NCBI GenBank assembly: GCA_049971805.1
Contig: JBMFKU010000003.1
Span: forward strand, 21,288-85,287
DNA from: Caldisphaera sp.
GTDB lineage: Archaea > Thermoproteota > Thermoprotei_A > Sulfolobales > Acidilobaceae
Direction: 5' to 3'
DNA length: 64,000 nucleotides
This document shows positions 30,199 to 39,443 of the stretch, one piece after another. Below the pieces are notes generated by a model. That model saw only the letters and a list, made by a program, of their open reading frames with translations, was not told the DNA's origin and ran no database searches. Each line of letters begins with the position of its first letter. Position 1 is the stretch's first letter. Position numbers and translations under genes: made by a program.

Positions 30199-30558
30199 GT
30201 GGGAAATACGGAATCAATAATTAAAAATGATGTTAACAAACATAATGAATTTGATATTAGAGTAAAATTTGTTTATAGTTATTTATTAAATATTAAAAGT
30301 GGATTAATAAATAAAAATCATTTTTGTGATGATTTTAATTGGAATAATATAGACTGCAGTAATATTAGAAAGGTCATTGAATGGATAGCATGTAAAAGTG
30401 CATTGGAAATATATCCTGACAATTATTATATTCATATAGAGGATAAGACTATAATAAGATCAATAAACGAGGCATTAAATAAATGTGAAAATGATTTCAT
30501 AAGAGAGGCTTTACTAAACATGGAAAAGAAATTAAATACCTATGTAAATTCATTATGA
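30199..30558 (+). CDS. Hypothetical protein
   Basis: 119 aa ORF with SD AAGGTGG. Confidence 0.5.
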   Translation: MGNTESIIKNDVNKHNEFDIRVKFVYSYLLNIKSGLINKNHFCDDFNWNNIDCSNIRKVIEWIACKSALEIYPDNYYIHIEDKTIIRSINEALNKCENDFIREALLNMEKKLNTYVNSL

Positions 30559-31434
30559 TTATTATTTTTTATATTAAATTTATTTTTATTATTTTTAAAA
30601 ATTAATTTTTGGGAGCTACCTTTAATTTTTAATTCTTTTGTTATTAGCGATAAATAATTTAGTGTTTATTTGATATTATATTGATTTATAGATCTCTAAA
30701 ATTCAAGATAAAAATAATTCCGTATCTTATCTTTTGGTTGTCTTGAATAAAGTTTTTCCTTCTATAAAATTCCTATTAACACAATATAGTGTGAACCTAT
30801 TTCGTGATTTACAATAAAGATATCATCGCTATATTTTCCAATTCATTAATCTTTTTGGTCTAGAAATAAACCTTTTTATGTTTAAGCTATCTTGTATGTT
30901 AAATAATAGCATTTTTCAACTTGTATAGATTGGCTATACTTATAAATCAAATCATGAAACTTATTATATTCGAAGGCACTAAAATGTATTTTTGGTTTTG
31001 CTTTCAATATGTATTATTTTCTTAATATCTGACATTTTTATTTTGTTTTGGTTTTTTTGAATAGCATAATAATTTAAATAAACTTTTTTTATTTCAAATA
31101 ATTTTTAATGTTCATGTTATTTGCTAAGGCAGTATTAATAGTCTTTTTCTACATCGTGGTTAACATAAATATTCAAGTTTAAACAAGCTGACTAATTTAC
31201 ATTTATCAGGACTTTCTGCTGTTTTCTATAGGGATAATACCAATACCATGTTTTAAAACCTAAATAAAAAGATTAGAGATGATTAACTTAGCCATCTTTC
31301 TATTAAATACAAAGCTTGAAGTCTAATGAGCATAACTAGCTTCTGGGACCAGGTAATAAATTTTACTTAAACTACTTAATTAATATTTATATAAATAGGT
31401 TTTCAGCTCTTTAAACTAAATCATCTATTATTAA

Positions 31435-31509
31435 TGGGCCCGGCGGGATTTGAACCCGCGATCTTCAGCTCCGGATGCTGACGCTCTATCCTGACTGAGC
31501 CACGGGCCC
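31435..31509 (-). tRNA. tRNA-Arg(CCG), intronless, CCA not encoded
   Basis: GGGCCCG acceptor stem, D-arm GCTC/GAGC with A after GG, anticodon arm TCAGC-ATCCGGA-GCTGA, T-arm GCGGG-TTCAAAT-CCCGC. Confidence 0.96.
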
Positions 31510-31689
31510 ATTTATATTTATTTAAAAGGATTTAGAGTAATTAAATTGTTTTGTTTAAAATTATTTATTTTGTTTTATTTCGTTTTTCTCTTAATTTAAT
31601 AGAAGCATTATATTCTATTGATTTAAATCTTTTATCGATTTCAATTACTTTTATTTTATTATCCCTATTAACTATGTATGCCTTTCTAT

Positions 31690-31879
31690 GGACTGAAAGA
31701 GTAACTTCCTTTTCTTTGTTCTAATAGCTGCAAACAACCACTTGGGCATGTTTGTTTCATCATTATTGATCCTTGAGATAACGATTGATTCTTTTTTAAA
31801 CTGTTTCTAGGCTTATCTGATTATTTTTAAAACAAACCTTAAAAGCATTACCCTGCCCCTAGAAGGGTGAAGCTTGTCA
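31690..31879 (-). mobile_element. Decayed IS200/IS605-family left-end remnant (inner boundary uncertain)
   Basis: On the minus strand, a subterminal hairpin CACCCTTCTAGGGG is followed by GTAATGCTTTTAAGGTTTGTTTTAAAAATAATCAGATAAGC, which matches 37837-37876. Confidence 0.55.
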
Positions 31880-32147
31880 TTTCTTAAGTCAAGCTTTTTA
31901 TCATCTTTACCGTATATATTTATTTTAATATCTAAAGATAAATAACATTATCATTTGTATAAAATGGTTAAACTTAATAATAATATAAACTAGCGGTTTA
32001 TAATATGTGAACTATAGGTGTTTATTCTAATATCAATTTACTCTAATTTTTAAATATATTTAAAATTATAACAAATCAATTTATATATAAATAATTTATA
32101 CTTACATTTTAATTTTGTGTTGCCTTGTTTTATTTTAGGGGATAAAG

Positions 32148-33329
32148 ATGACAATGAAAGAAAATGTTGCAAAAGGTACTATAATAATGATTGCAATAAT
32201 TATTATTACGACTACATTTGGGGTAAGAGCATCAAATAATATGATCGGCACAACCATACCTCTTTTAGCAAAAAAGTATTTTAATTATACTGGAACTGAA
32301 ATTGGCTTATTGGCTACTACTTTTATGGGATCAACATTTATAATGAGTACTTTTATTAATGTTAGATTAAATAGCAAAAATAGGAGAAAATTATTTATTA
32401 TATCAAGTATAATTTATACTATTTTGTTTCCATTATTTTATTTAGCAAACCCGTTAACGATTTGGATTATAGCATCTGTTTCAGGTTTCACAATAGGAGC
32501 CTTAATGCCAAATTTGATTACATCTGCAGGTCTATTTGATGATAAAAGATTAAGGGAACGCATGTTGGCTATTTATACTTTAGCATTAAGCACTTCACTT
32601 TTAATTGGTCCTGCCATTGATGGTTTAATATTAAAATATTACACTTTAAGGCAATCATTTTTATTTTTTACAATTATTGCAGCCTTAGTACCAATTTTAT
32701 CTCCTTTTCTTAAATTTCCAGGGGATGAAAAGGTTACTAAAGAAAACTTAAGCTTTAGTTATATATGGAAGAATAACGGGTTTAAAGTAGCATTTTTAAA
32801 TAATTTAGCATATCAAGTTCCATTTGCTTTTATTTTAACTTTTGATGGCTTATATGCTGAAGAAGAATTTCATGTAAATAATTCTATAGCAATATTGCTC
32901 TATTCAGTGTTTTTTGCTACATCATTTTTAGGAAGACTTTCTTTATCATTGAAACCTCCAACTAATATAAAAATTCTTATAGAAACATCAGTCTCTTTAA
33001 GTTTAATTGGATTATTAGTTGCTTGGATAGCTCCAAATATTTATGTATTTATTATAGCATTATTAATACTTGGAATTCCTCACGGATTTACATATACACT
33101 AAGCGTTATAACATTGTCTAGAACATTTCCTTATAATACTAGAAATGCAGCTAACAGTTACTTTTTCTCAACAATGACAGTTATAGGAGCTGTTTTACCA
33201 ACAATTTTAGGTTATATTGTAGACGTAGCAGGTTTTAAAATAAGCTTTTTGGTATTATTACCTATGGTTATAACAGTGTTTTACTTTACAGAAGTGTTTG
33301 CAAGAAAAACAAAAGAATTGCTATTATAA
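32148..33329 (+). CDS. MFS transporter
   Basis: About 12 TM helices with an MFS-like two-halves organisation. Confidence 0.85.
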   Translation: MTMKENVAKGTIIMIAIIIITTTFGVRASNNMIGTTIPLLAKKYFNYTGTEIGLLATTFMGSTFIMSTFINVRLNSKNRRKLFIISSIIYTILFPLFYLANPLTIWIIASVSGFTIGALMPNLITSAGLFDDKRLRERMLAIYTLALSTSLLIGPAIDGLILKYYTLRQSFLFFTIIAALVPILSPFLKFPGDEKVTKENLSFSYIWKNNGFKVAFLNNLAYQVPFAFILTFDGLYAEEEFHVNNSIAILLYSVFFATSFLGRLSLSLKPPTNIKILIETSVSLSLIGLLVAWIAPNIYVFIIALLILGIPHGFTYTLSVITLSRTFPYNTRNAANSYFFSTMTVIGAVLPTILGYIVDVAGFKISFLVLLPMVITVFYFTEVFARKTKELLL

Positions 33330-33632
33330 TTGATTACAAAAATGATAAAGTAAAGATAAATCTATCCTTCAGTATAGGAAAAGAGATTAGTATGAATTTC
33401 TCTTAAAGCAAGATGATTATCCTAATTTAAGAAATTAGATTGAACAAAAAACTGATAGAGCTTTAATCCAATCATGAGAAATCTAGTGATATAAATGATA
33501 AATAATATGCTTTTGTAAAATGTAAAAGTATTCATATATAGGCAACAAACTTTTCTCTCTATAGTAGATTAATTCAGATATTTACTCTAATCTATACATT
33601 TAAATTTAAAAATATAAATATTAAAGAATTAG

Positions 33633-35498
33633 TTAATAAATAAATTCTGAAAGTCCTAGTTTTTCAAGTATTTCTTTTGTGGGTACTCCATTATCCCAAT
33701 TTCTAATCTTGTAGTATTGAGGTAGGTAAAAGTCTAACCATTCTTTACCTGTATGACCTTTAGCTGGTCCATCTGGTAAGGGATCTTCTAAAATTCTATT
33801 AGGCAAAGTATCGATATAATTACCTTCTCTTATATCGAATAATCTTTCGGCATTGTAGATTCTTTCTCCCGTTACCATTAACTCTTCAGATGTTATATTA
33901 TTCCAACCAGTAACAGCCTTTATTACTTCAATATAATCATCTGGACCTGTACTAAACATATTAAATTTGCATATAACCAAGGAATCAACCACGCTAAACC
34001 AATCTTGCTGATCTTTAATCCCTTTGACCTTTTTGATATCTTTGGCTAATGGATCCCATTTTTCTGGGGCACCTATCATATCAAAGGCAACACTATACGA
34101 TCTAAGATGGCATCCTCCTCTATTAGATGTTGCATAACTTAAAGCCATACTATTTAGTGCTCTTGGATCATAAGCAGGTAGTTCTAGCCCTTTTACATGA
34201 ATTGCTACATCTGGTGCTCCAAAATGTTCAGCAAGATTTTTTGCACCATCAGCTATAAGGTCTCCTATTTTGTTTCTAAAGGCAGCTTCGTAGATTAACT
34301 GTATGACCGCATCTTTATTTCCCCATGTTGGTTCAATTCCGCTCATATTTAGTAGATCAAGCAATTCCTTTGCCTTATCCTCTGGTAGCTTCCCATTTTT
34401 AGCCATTTCATATAGCTCCATTAATGTGGAAATCGTATTACCAAGGCTTATTGTATCGAAACCCATATCATTTTCTAAATAGTTCATCTTTATTATAGAG
34501 CTTATATCATCAATTAAAATATTTGCTCCATGAGCCCATGTGCTTTCGTATTCTGGTCCTTCAGATATAGGAGTTTTATATGGTCCTGATGAAACCTCAG
34601 AAACTCTACTACATTGTATTGTACATCCCCAGCACCCTTTTTTTGCCTTTAAATAGGTATCAGCTAAATATTCTCCACTTATATTAAAAGCCTTATCATA
34701 AATTCCATTAGTCCAATTTTTAGTGGGCAACCCTCCTAAAGAATTGGTCATATTCATTAGCACCAATGTTCCTAGTTGATTTAAAGCTTGAGATACTGGA
34801 TTTTCCATAATTTTATCAGTCAGCTTTTTTGCTTCGCTAATAAATTTCTTTGAATCAAACATCTCTTTTAAAAGATTCCTTCTACCATAGACCCAAATTG
34901 CTTTCAGTTTTTTGCTTCCTAATACTGCTGCTAATCCTGTTCTTGCGGCTGCCCTATATCTATCGTTTATTATAGCTGCTATTTTTGATTTATTTTCGCC
35001 TGCAGGTCCAATTGATAATAAGCTTCCAATAGCTTCATTACTCATGTTTACTTTTTCTCTTATTAGTTTTTCAGTATAATATACTTCTTTTCCCCACAAA
35101 TTAGTTGCATCATTAAATTTAATATCGCCATCAGAAATGCTAAGCCATAATGGATATTCACTTTTTCCTTCAATTATTATCCCATCAAAGCCTGAAAATC
35201 TTAACCAAGGTCCAAAGTTCCCACCACTATTAGAATCACCTAAAAAACCAGTTAATGGACTTTTACTAACTACATGATATCTACCTGTTTGGAAAGCACC
35301 CGTTCCAGTTAATGGACCAGCAATGATATATATTTTGTTTAATTCGCCAAGTGGATCTATACCCTTAGGAATTTCTTTTAAAGCAAAATAAGTTCCCAAG
35401 CCCCTACCACCAATGTATTTTCTTAAAGTTTTTTCATCAACTTTCTCTTCTTTCCATTTATTATCTGAAAGATTGATTCTGGCTAATCTGAAATGCAC
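33633..35498 (-). CDS. aor: Tungsten-type aldehyde:ferredoxin oxidoreductase
   Basis: GGRGLG, KSPLTG, IGPAGE, GSKKLKAI, CWGCTIQC, GPEYE, DTISLG and RGGCHLR motifs. Confidence 0.95.
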   Translation of the reverse strand: MHFRLARINLSDNKWKEEKVDEKTLRKYIGGRGLGTYFALKEIPKGIDPLGELNKIYIIAGPLTGTGAFQTGRYHVVSKSPLTGFLGDSNSGGNFGPWLRFSGFDGIIIEGKSEYPLWLSISDGDIKFNDATNLWGKEVYYTEKLIREKVNMSNEAIGSLLSIGPAGENKSKIAAIINDRYRAAARTGLAAVLGSKKLKAIWVYGRRNLLKEMFDSKKFISEAKKLTDKIMENPVSQALNQLGTLVLMNMTNSLGGLPTKNWTNGIYDKAFNISGEYLADTYLKAKKGCWGCTIQCSRVSEVSSGPYKTPISEGPEYESTWAHGANILIDDISSIIKMNYLENDMGFDTISLGNTISTLMELYEMAKNGKLPEDKAKELLDLLNMSGIEPTWGNKDAVIQLIYEAAFRNKIGDLIADGAKNLAEHFGAPDVAIHVKGLELPAYDPRALNSMALSYATSNRGGCHLRSYSVAFDMIGAPEKWDPLAKDIKKVKGIKDQQDWFSVVDSLVICKFNMFSTGPDDYIEVIKAVTGWNNITSEELMVTGERIYNAERLFDIREGNYIDTLPNRILEDPLPDGPAKGHTGKEWLDFYLPQYYKIRNWDNGVPTKEILEKLGLSEFIY

Positions 35499-35696
35499 AA
35501 ATACCCACCAATGTATTATATATAGTATTCACAAACTAAATATATTTATGACATGTAAATTTTAATATATTTTATCCTGTTTATATTTATCTATTTTAAA
35601 TTTTTTATTTAATAGATACTTTTTTTAAATTTGCACCTAACAAATAAGAGGAAAAATTTATTACTACTGTGAGTAGTAAAATCAATTGGTGAGAAT

Positions 35697-36992
35697 TTGT
35701 CCAATGTACTAGAAAAAATTGATAAGGCAAAATGGAACTTAACTTTAACATTAGCTTTTGTATCAATAGCTATTGGTTTTTTGATGTGGGGAATAATAAC
35801 TACAATAGGTATTTTAGTATACCCTCAGTACCATAATGTATTTTATTTAATCTTTATTTCTGCAATGCCATTGTTAGGAGATCTTTTACTCCCAAGATTA
35901 TCCGACATATCATTAGGTAGAAAAACAACATTTTTTATAACTATGTTTTTGTATTCTCTCGGATCAATAATCTTCATAATAAATGCAAAATTTTTTTCAT
36001 CTAATATTTATATAATGTTGCTTGCATATACCTTAGCTGTAATTGGAGTAGAAGGAGAAGTTCCTGTTGCTCTATCATTAATAGCAGAACTGTTTCCATT
36101 GAAATACAGAGAAAAGATGTTGATAATAATACCAAACTTTGATAATTTAGGTGCAGCTATAGCATCATTTATAGCTTTCTTGACATATTCAATATCATCG
36201 TCATTTACTATAGAGGAAATTTCTATGGGAATTATTGCGCTTATTGGTACAGCTTTTGCAATAGTTGTAAGATTATCGCTACCTGAATCTATAAGATGGT
36301 TAGTAGCCAAGGGTGATTTAAAAAAAGCAAACCAAGAAGCAGGAAAAATATCTCAACAAACCGAAGATGTACAGGCATATGATATTAATAGATTTGTAAG
36401 CCTTAAATGGAGATATACATTTCTTGTTTTAATAGGTATTTCTCAATATTTAACATACGGATTAATGGCATACATTATTGCTGATTATTACTTTACAGGA
36501 TTAGCATTAACTTTAGTTGTATTATATGCTAATTTAGGTGCATCAATTGCAGGCATTATAGCTATGATATTAGTTGACAGATTAGGTACAAGAAACTTTG
36601 CAACTTTTTCATATCTAGGTGGGTTTTTGACTATGATACCCATAATAATTTATGTTATGTTTTATTCAAGATATATACCAATATTTTATGTGTTGTTATT
36701 TTTTAATATGATGTTCAGCGAATTTGGTTGGGCAGTAAGAACTGTTTATGAGCCTACTATTATGCCGACAAAAAGTAGAGCATTTTTAGTAGGTTTGGTT
36801 AGATTTCCAATTATAGCAATTTATACTGCCTCAATATACCTAACAAGTTCATTTGCAGAGATACAATTTTTAATTTATAATGCAGTTTTATGGTTAGTTG
36901 GGGCGATGGCTTCAATAGGCTGGCATATAAAAGGTTATGATATAAATAGATTACCTCTAGAAAAGGCCTCTGGAGAGTATAAAAAAATTTAA
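35697..36992 (+). CDS. MFS transporter (sugar porter/aromatic acid-like)
   Basis: SD..GRK, AELFPLKYR, PESIRWL and DRLGTR motifs. Confidence 0.88.
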   Translation: MSNVLEKIDKAKWNLTLTLAFVSIAIGFLMWGIITTIGILVYPQYHNVFYLIFISAMPLLGDLLLPRLSDISLGRKTTFFITMFLYSLGSIIFIINAKFFSSNIYIMLLAYTLAVIGVEGEVPVALSLIAELFPLKYREKMLIIIPNFDNLGAAIASFIAFLTYSISSSFTIEEISMGIIALIGTAFAIVVRLSLPESIRWLVAKGDLKKANQEAGKISQQTEDVQAYDINRFVSLKWRYTFLVLIGISQYLTYGLMAYIIADYYFTGLALTLVVLYANLGASIAGIIAMILVDRLGTRNFATFSYLGGFLTMIPIIIYVMFYSRYIPIFYVLLFFNMMFSEFGWAVRTVYEPTIMPTKSRAFLVGLVRFPIIAIYTASIYLTSSFAEIQFLIYNAVLWLVGAMASIGWHIKGYDINRLPLEKASGEYKKI

Positions 36993-37014
36993 TAAAATAT
37001 CTTGATGTTGAAAC

Positions 37015-37749
37015 TTATTTTTCTAGTTTATTTGTCTTCATAATCTGATTAATGTTATCTACAATTTTTATTATGTCATCAATAACGGCATCGATCCATT
37101 GTTTTCCTTTTAATGGGTCTCCTTTAGTTCCTCCTCCCAATACTGCATTCGGATAAAGATAGTGCTCAATAATGGGAGATTGGACAGAAACTTTTGGTAA
37201 TAAATTTGGATTATAGTCTGTGGCATATTTCATGTCAACATGATTTCCATCGATAAATAGCATTGCACTAGTTTCATCATCTCCTGCATGTCCTGGCATA
37301 GAGAATAACTTTTGCCTAGCCTCTTTGCCTACATCCCTCCACCAATCAATTATTACATATGTTGAATTCATTTCATAGGCCGCTTCTTTTGCTGAAATAT
37401 TTATTAATGAGGTATTGCCACCATGACCATTAATAATTAATATCAATTGATAACCATTTCTAGCTATCTCTTTAAGTAAACTTTTTACATACCCTTTAAA
37501 TGCATCATCTTCAATATTTATTGTTCCTGGAAATCTCGATAAACCCATTGAAGAACCGTACCAAATCGGAGGAAAAATGTGTCCATTAAGCTTTTCTGCA
37601 ACCTTTTCAGCAATAAACTGAGCTTCTATAGTGTCTGTACCTAAAGGTAAGTGATTTCCATGTCTTTCTAGAGAACCTATAGGTAAAATAGCTAATATTT
37701 TATTTTCCTTATCGAATTTTGCTCCATTTAATTCCCATATATATTCCAC
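37015..37749 (-). CDS. Creatininase family amidohydrolase
   Basis: PIGSLERHGNHLPLGTD, NGHGGN and HAGDDETS motifs. Confidence 0.92.
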   Translation of the reverse strand: MEYIWELNGAKFDKENKILAILPIGSLERHGNHLPLGTDTIEAQFIAEKVAEKLNGHIFPPIWYGSSMGLSRFPGTINIEDDAFKGYVKSLLKEIARNGYQLILIINGHGGNTSLINISAKEAAYEMNSTYVIIDWWRDVGKEARQKLFSMPGHAGDDETSAMLFIDGNHVDMKYATDYNPNLLPKVSVQSPIIEHYLYPNAVLGGGTKGDPLKGKQWIDAVIDDIIKIVDNINQIMKTNKLEK

Positions 37750-37812
37750 TATTTGTCACCTATTAAATAAGCTAAGACCAAGATTAAAAATAAATTGTTG
37801 ATAAAAATAAAC

Positions 37813-38097
37813 GCAAACCTCTTCATTTAAGGTGAGGTAATGCCTTTAAGGTTTCTTTTTAAATAATTAGATAAGCAATAGCCATCAAATGAGGTATGCC
37901 CCACTGAAAAGTGATATGAGGTAGACCTCTGCCTTGTTACCAAATTAAAGAAAAAGGTGGGTGAGATTTTCCCTTAGGTCAAAATAAAGATGAAGAGTGG
38001 GAAACGAATTTACTTCCACATAGGGAGGAATCAGAGTAGCTCCTATAGATAACCCTTAAGACCTCAGGAACAAGCCCTTCAGTGTGGGAGAGGTCAG
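37813..38097 (+). mobile_element. ORF-less, internally deleted IS200/IS605-family derivative (PATE/MITE-like)
   Basis: The left end matches 31811-31851 (reverse strand). The right end GAACAAGCCCTTCAGTGTGGGAGAGGTCA resembles the hairpin-plus-GGTCA right end of crenarchaeal tnpB elements. GC content is visibly above the flanks. Confidence 0.6.
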
Positions 38098-38342
38098 CGA
38101 TGATCTCATATAAGAAGGTAGAAAATAAAATTACATCTATAATAAACAAAAAGCATGCCTTTACTAATTAACTTAATTGGAATAACATGAATAGCTTAGT
38201 TTACTCTTAATAAAATAAGAATCTGCTTTTAATATAATCAAAAACAATTTTTTAAATTTTTATTAAAATAGTATATTTTAATTAAAGATTTGTAGTTTAA
38301 GTTTTAAGCACGCGATTTAACAAAAGAAAAGGGGGGAAGAAA

Positions 38343-38612
38343 ATGTCGGTTCAGGCTAATACTGAAGAAAAATTAAAATTGGCAGTAGGAATTCTTACAG
38401 GAATAGTAAATGATACAGCAGTTCCTAGAAATATAAGAAGAGCTGCAGCAAACGCATTAACCTATTTAAGAGACCCCAAGTTATCCCCAGGAGTTAAGGC
38501 TGCAAATGCGGTTTCTGCATTAGATGAGATTAGTCAAGATCCTAATATGCCATTTCATGCTAGGACTAGAATTTGGCAAGTATTAACAATGCTAGAAACA
38601 ATAAGAGATTAG
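38343..38612 (+). CDS. UPF0147 family protein
   Basis: IVND..VPRNIRRAA and ISQDPNMP.HART.IW motifs. Confidence 0.92.
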   Translation: MSVQANTEEKLKLAVGILTGIVNDTAVPRNIRRAAANALTYLRDPKLSPGVKAANAVSALDEISQDPNMPFHARTRIWQVLTMLETIRD

Positions 38613-38711
38613 TCATATGGTCTTAATATTTACTAAAGTGTGATACTTTCAATAGGAAAGAAAGTTTATTAAATTTCAGTAACAAAATATTTTAAATTTA
38701 TTTACCAGGAT

Positions 38712-39371
38712 TTAGAAACCAATGTTAAATATTTTCTCCATTATTGATCGAGCCCTAATTATATCGTCATCTTTTGGATATGAAAAGGTAATTGGATCAT
38801 CAGAAAATTTTAATTCTATATTTAAATTCTTCCAATATTTTCTTACATATAGGTTAATGGAATTTGATGAACCATAGATTAATGGGGGTACATATATGTT
38901 TGACATATTAAATGAATAGATAGATAAAGGATCTGTAAATAGATTTAATGTTGCAACTAATTTTGGTTTTATTTTTTTTATTAAATCTTTTAGCTGTTGT
39001 AAGGGATCAAGTTTGAAACTGGAGTGTATATCTATTAGGTACCACGTATACTCTAAATTACCATCTATATCTTTTACCAAACATCTTGAATTTTTATTAT
39101 TAATAATTACATTTCCTATAACCTTAAACGTATTCGGTTCTAAGACTCTAGCCATTATTTCAGAAGAATGGTTTATTTTTATATTATGGTTTATAATTAA
39201 TAATTTTTGTTTAACCTTGCTCAAATAAAGCATAGGCCAATCATTCTCAATGGCTATGTATAGAGGATTTCCTTTGAAGTAGTAGAATATTTTAGCTGAA
39301 GTTCTATCAGTTAATAACTTATATTTATTATCTTTTAACCAATTTTCCATAGGGATTGCGTAACTTTGCAC
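38712..39371 (-). CDS. Hypothetical protein
   Basis: 219 aa ORF, no recognised motif. Confidence 0.55.
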   Translation of the reverse strand: MQSYAIPMENWLKDNKYKLLTDRTSAKIFYYFKGNPLYIAIENDWPMLYLSKVKQKLLIINHNIKINHSSEIMARVLEPNTFKVIGNVIINNKNSRCLVKDIDGNLEYTWYLIDIHSSFKLDPLQQLKDLIKKIKPKLVATLNLFTDPLSIYSFNMSNIYVPPLIYGSSNSINLYVRKYWKNLNIELKFSDDPITFSYPKDDDIIRARSIMEKIFNIGF

Positions 39372-39443
39372 TTTAATTTCATCTCAATTAGATTTTATTG
39401 TATATGAATATTTATATCAGTATAGGGAATATATTTATATTGA

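Noticed and set aside
33410-33456. Possible C/D box sRNA (ATGATTA...CTGA)
   Set aside because: Too short, no convincing D'/C' boxes, and A/T-only guide regions
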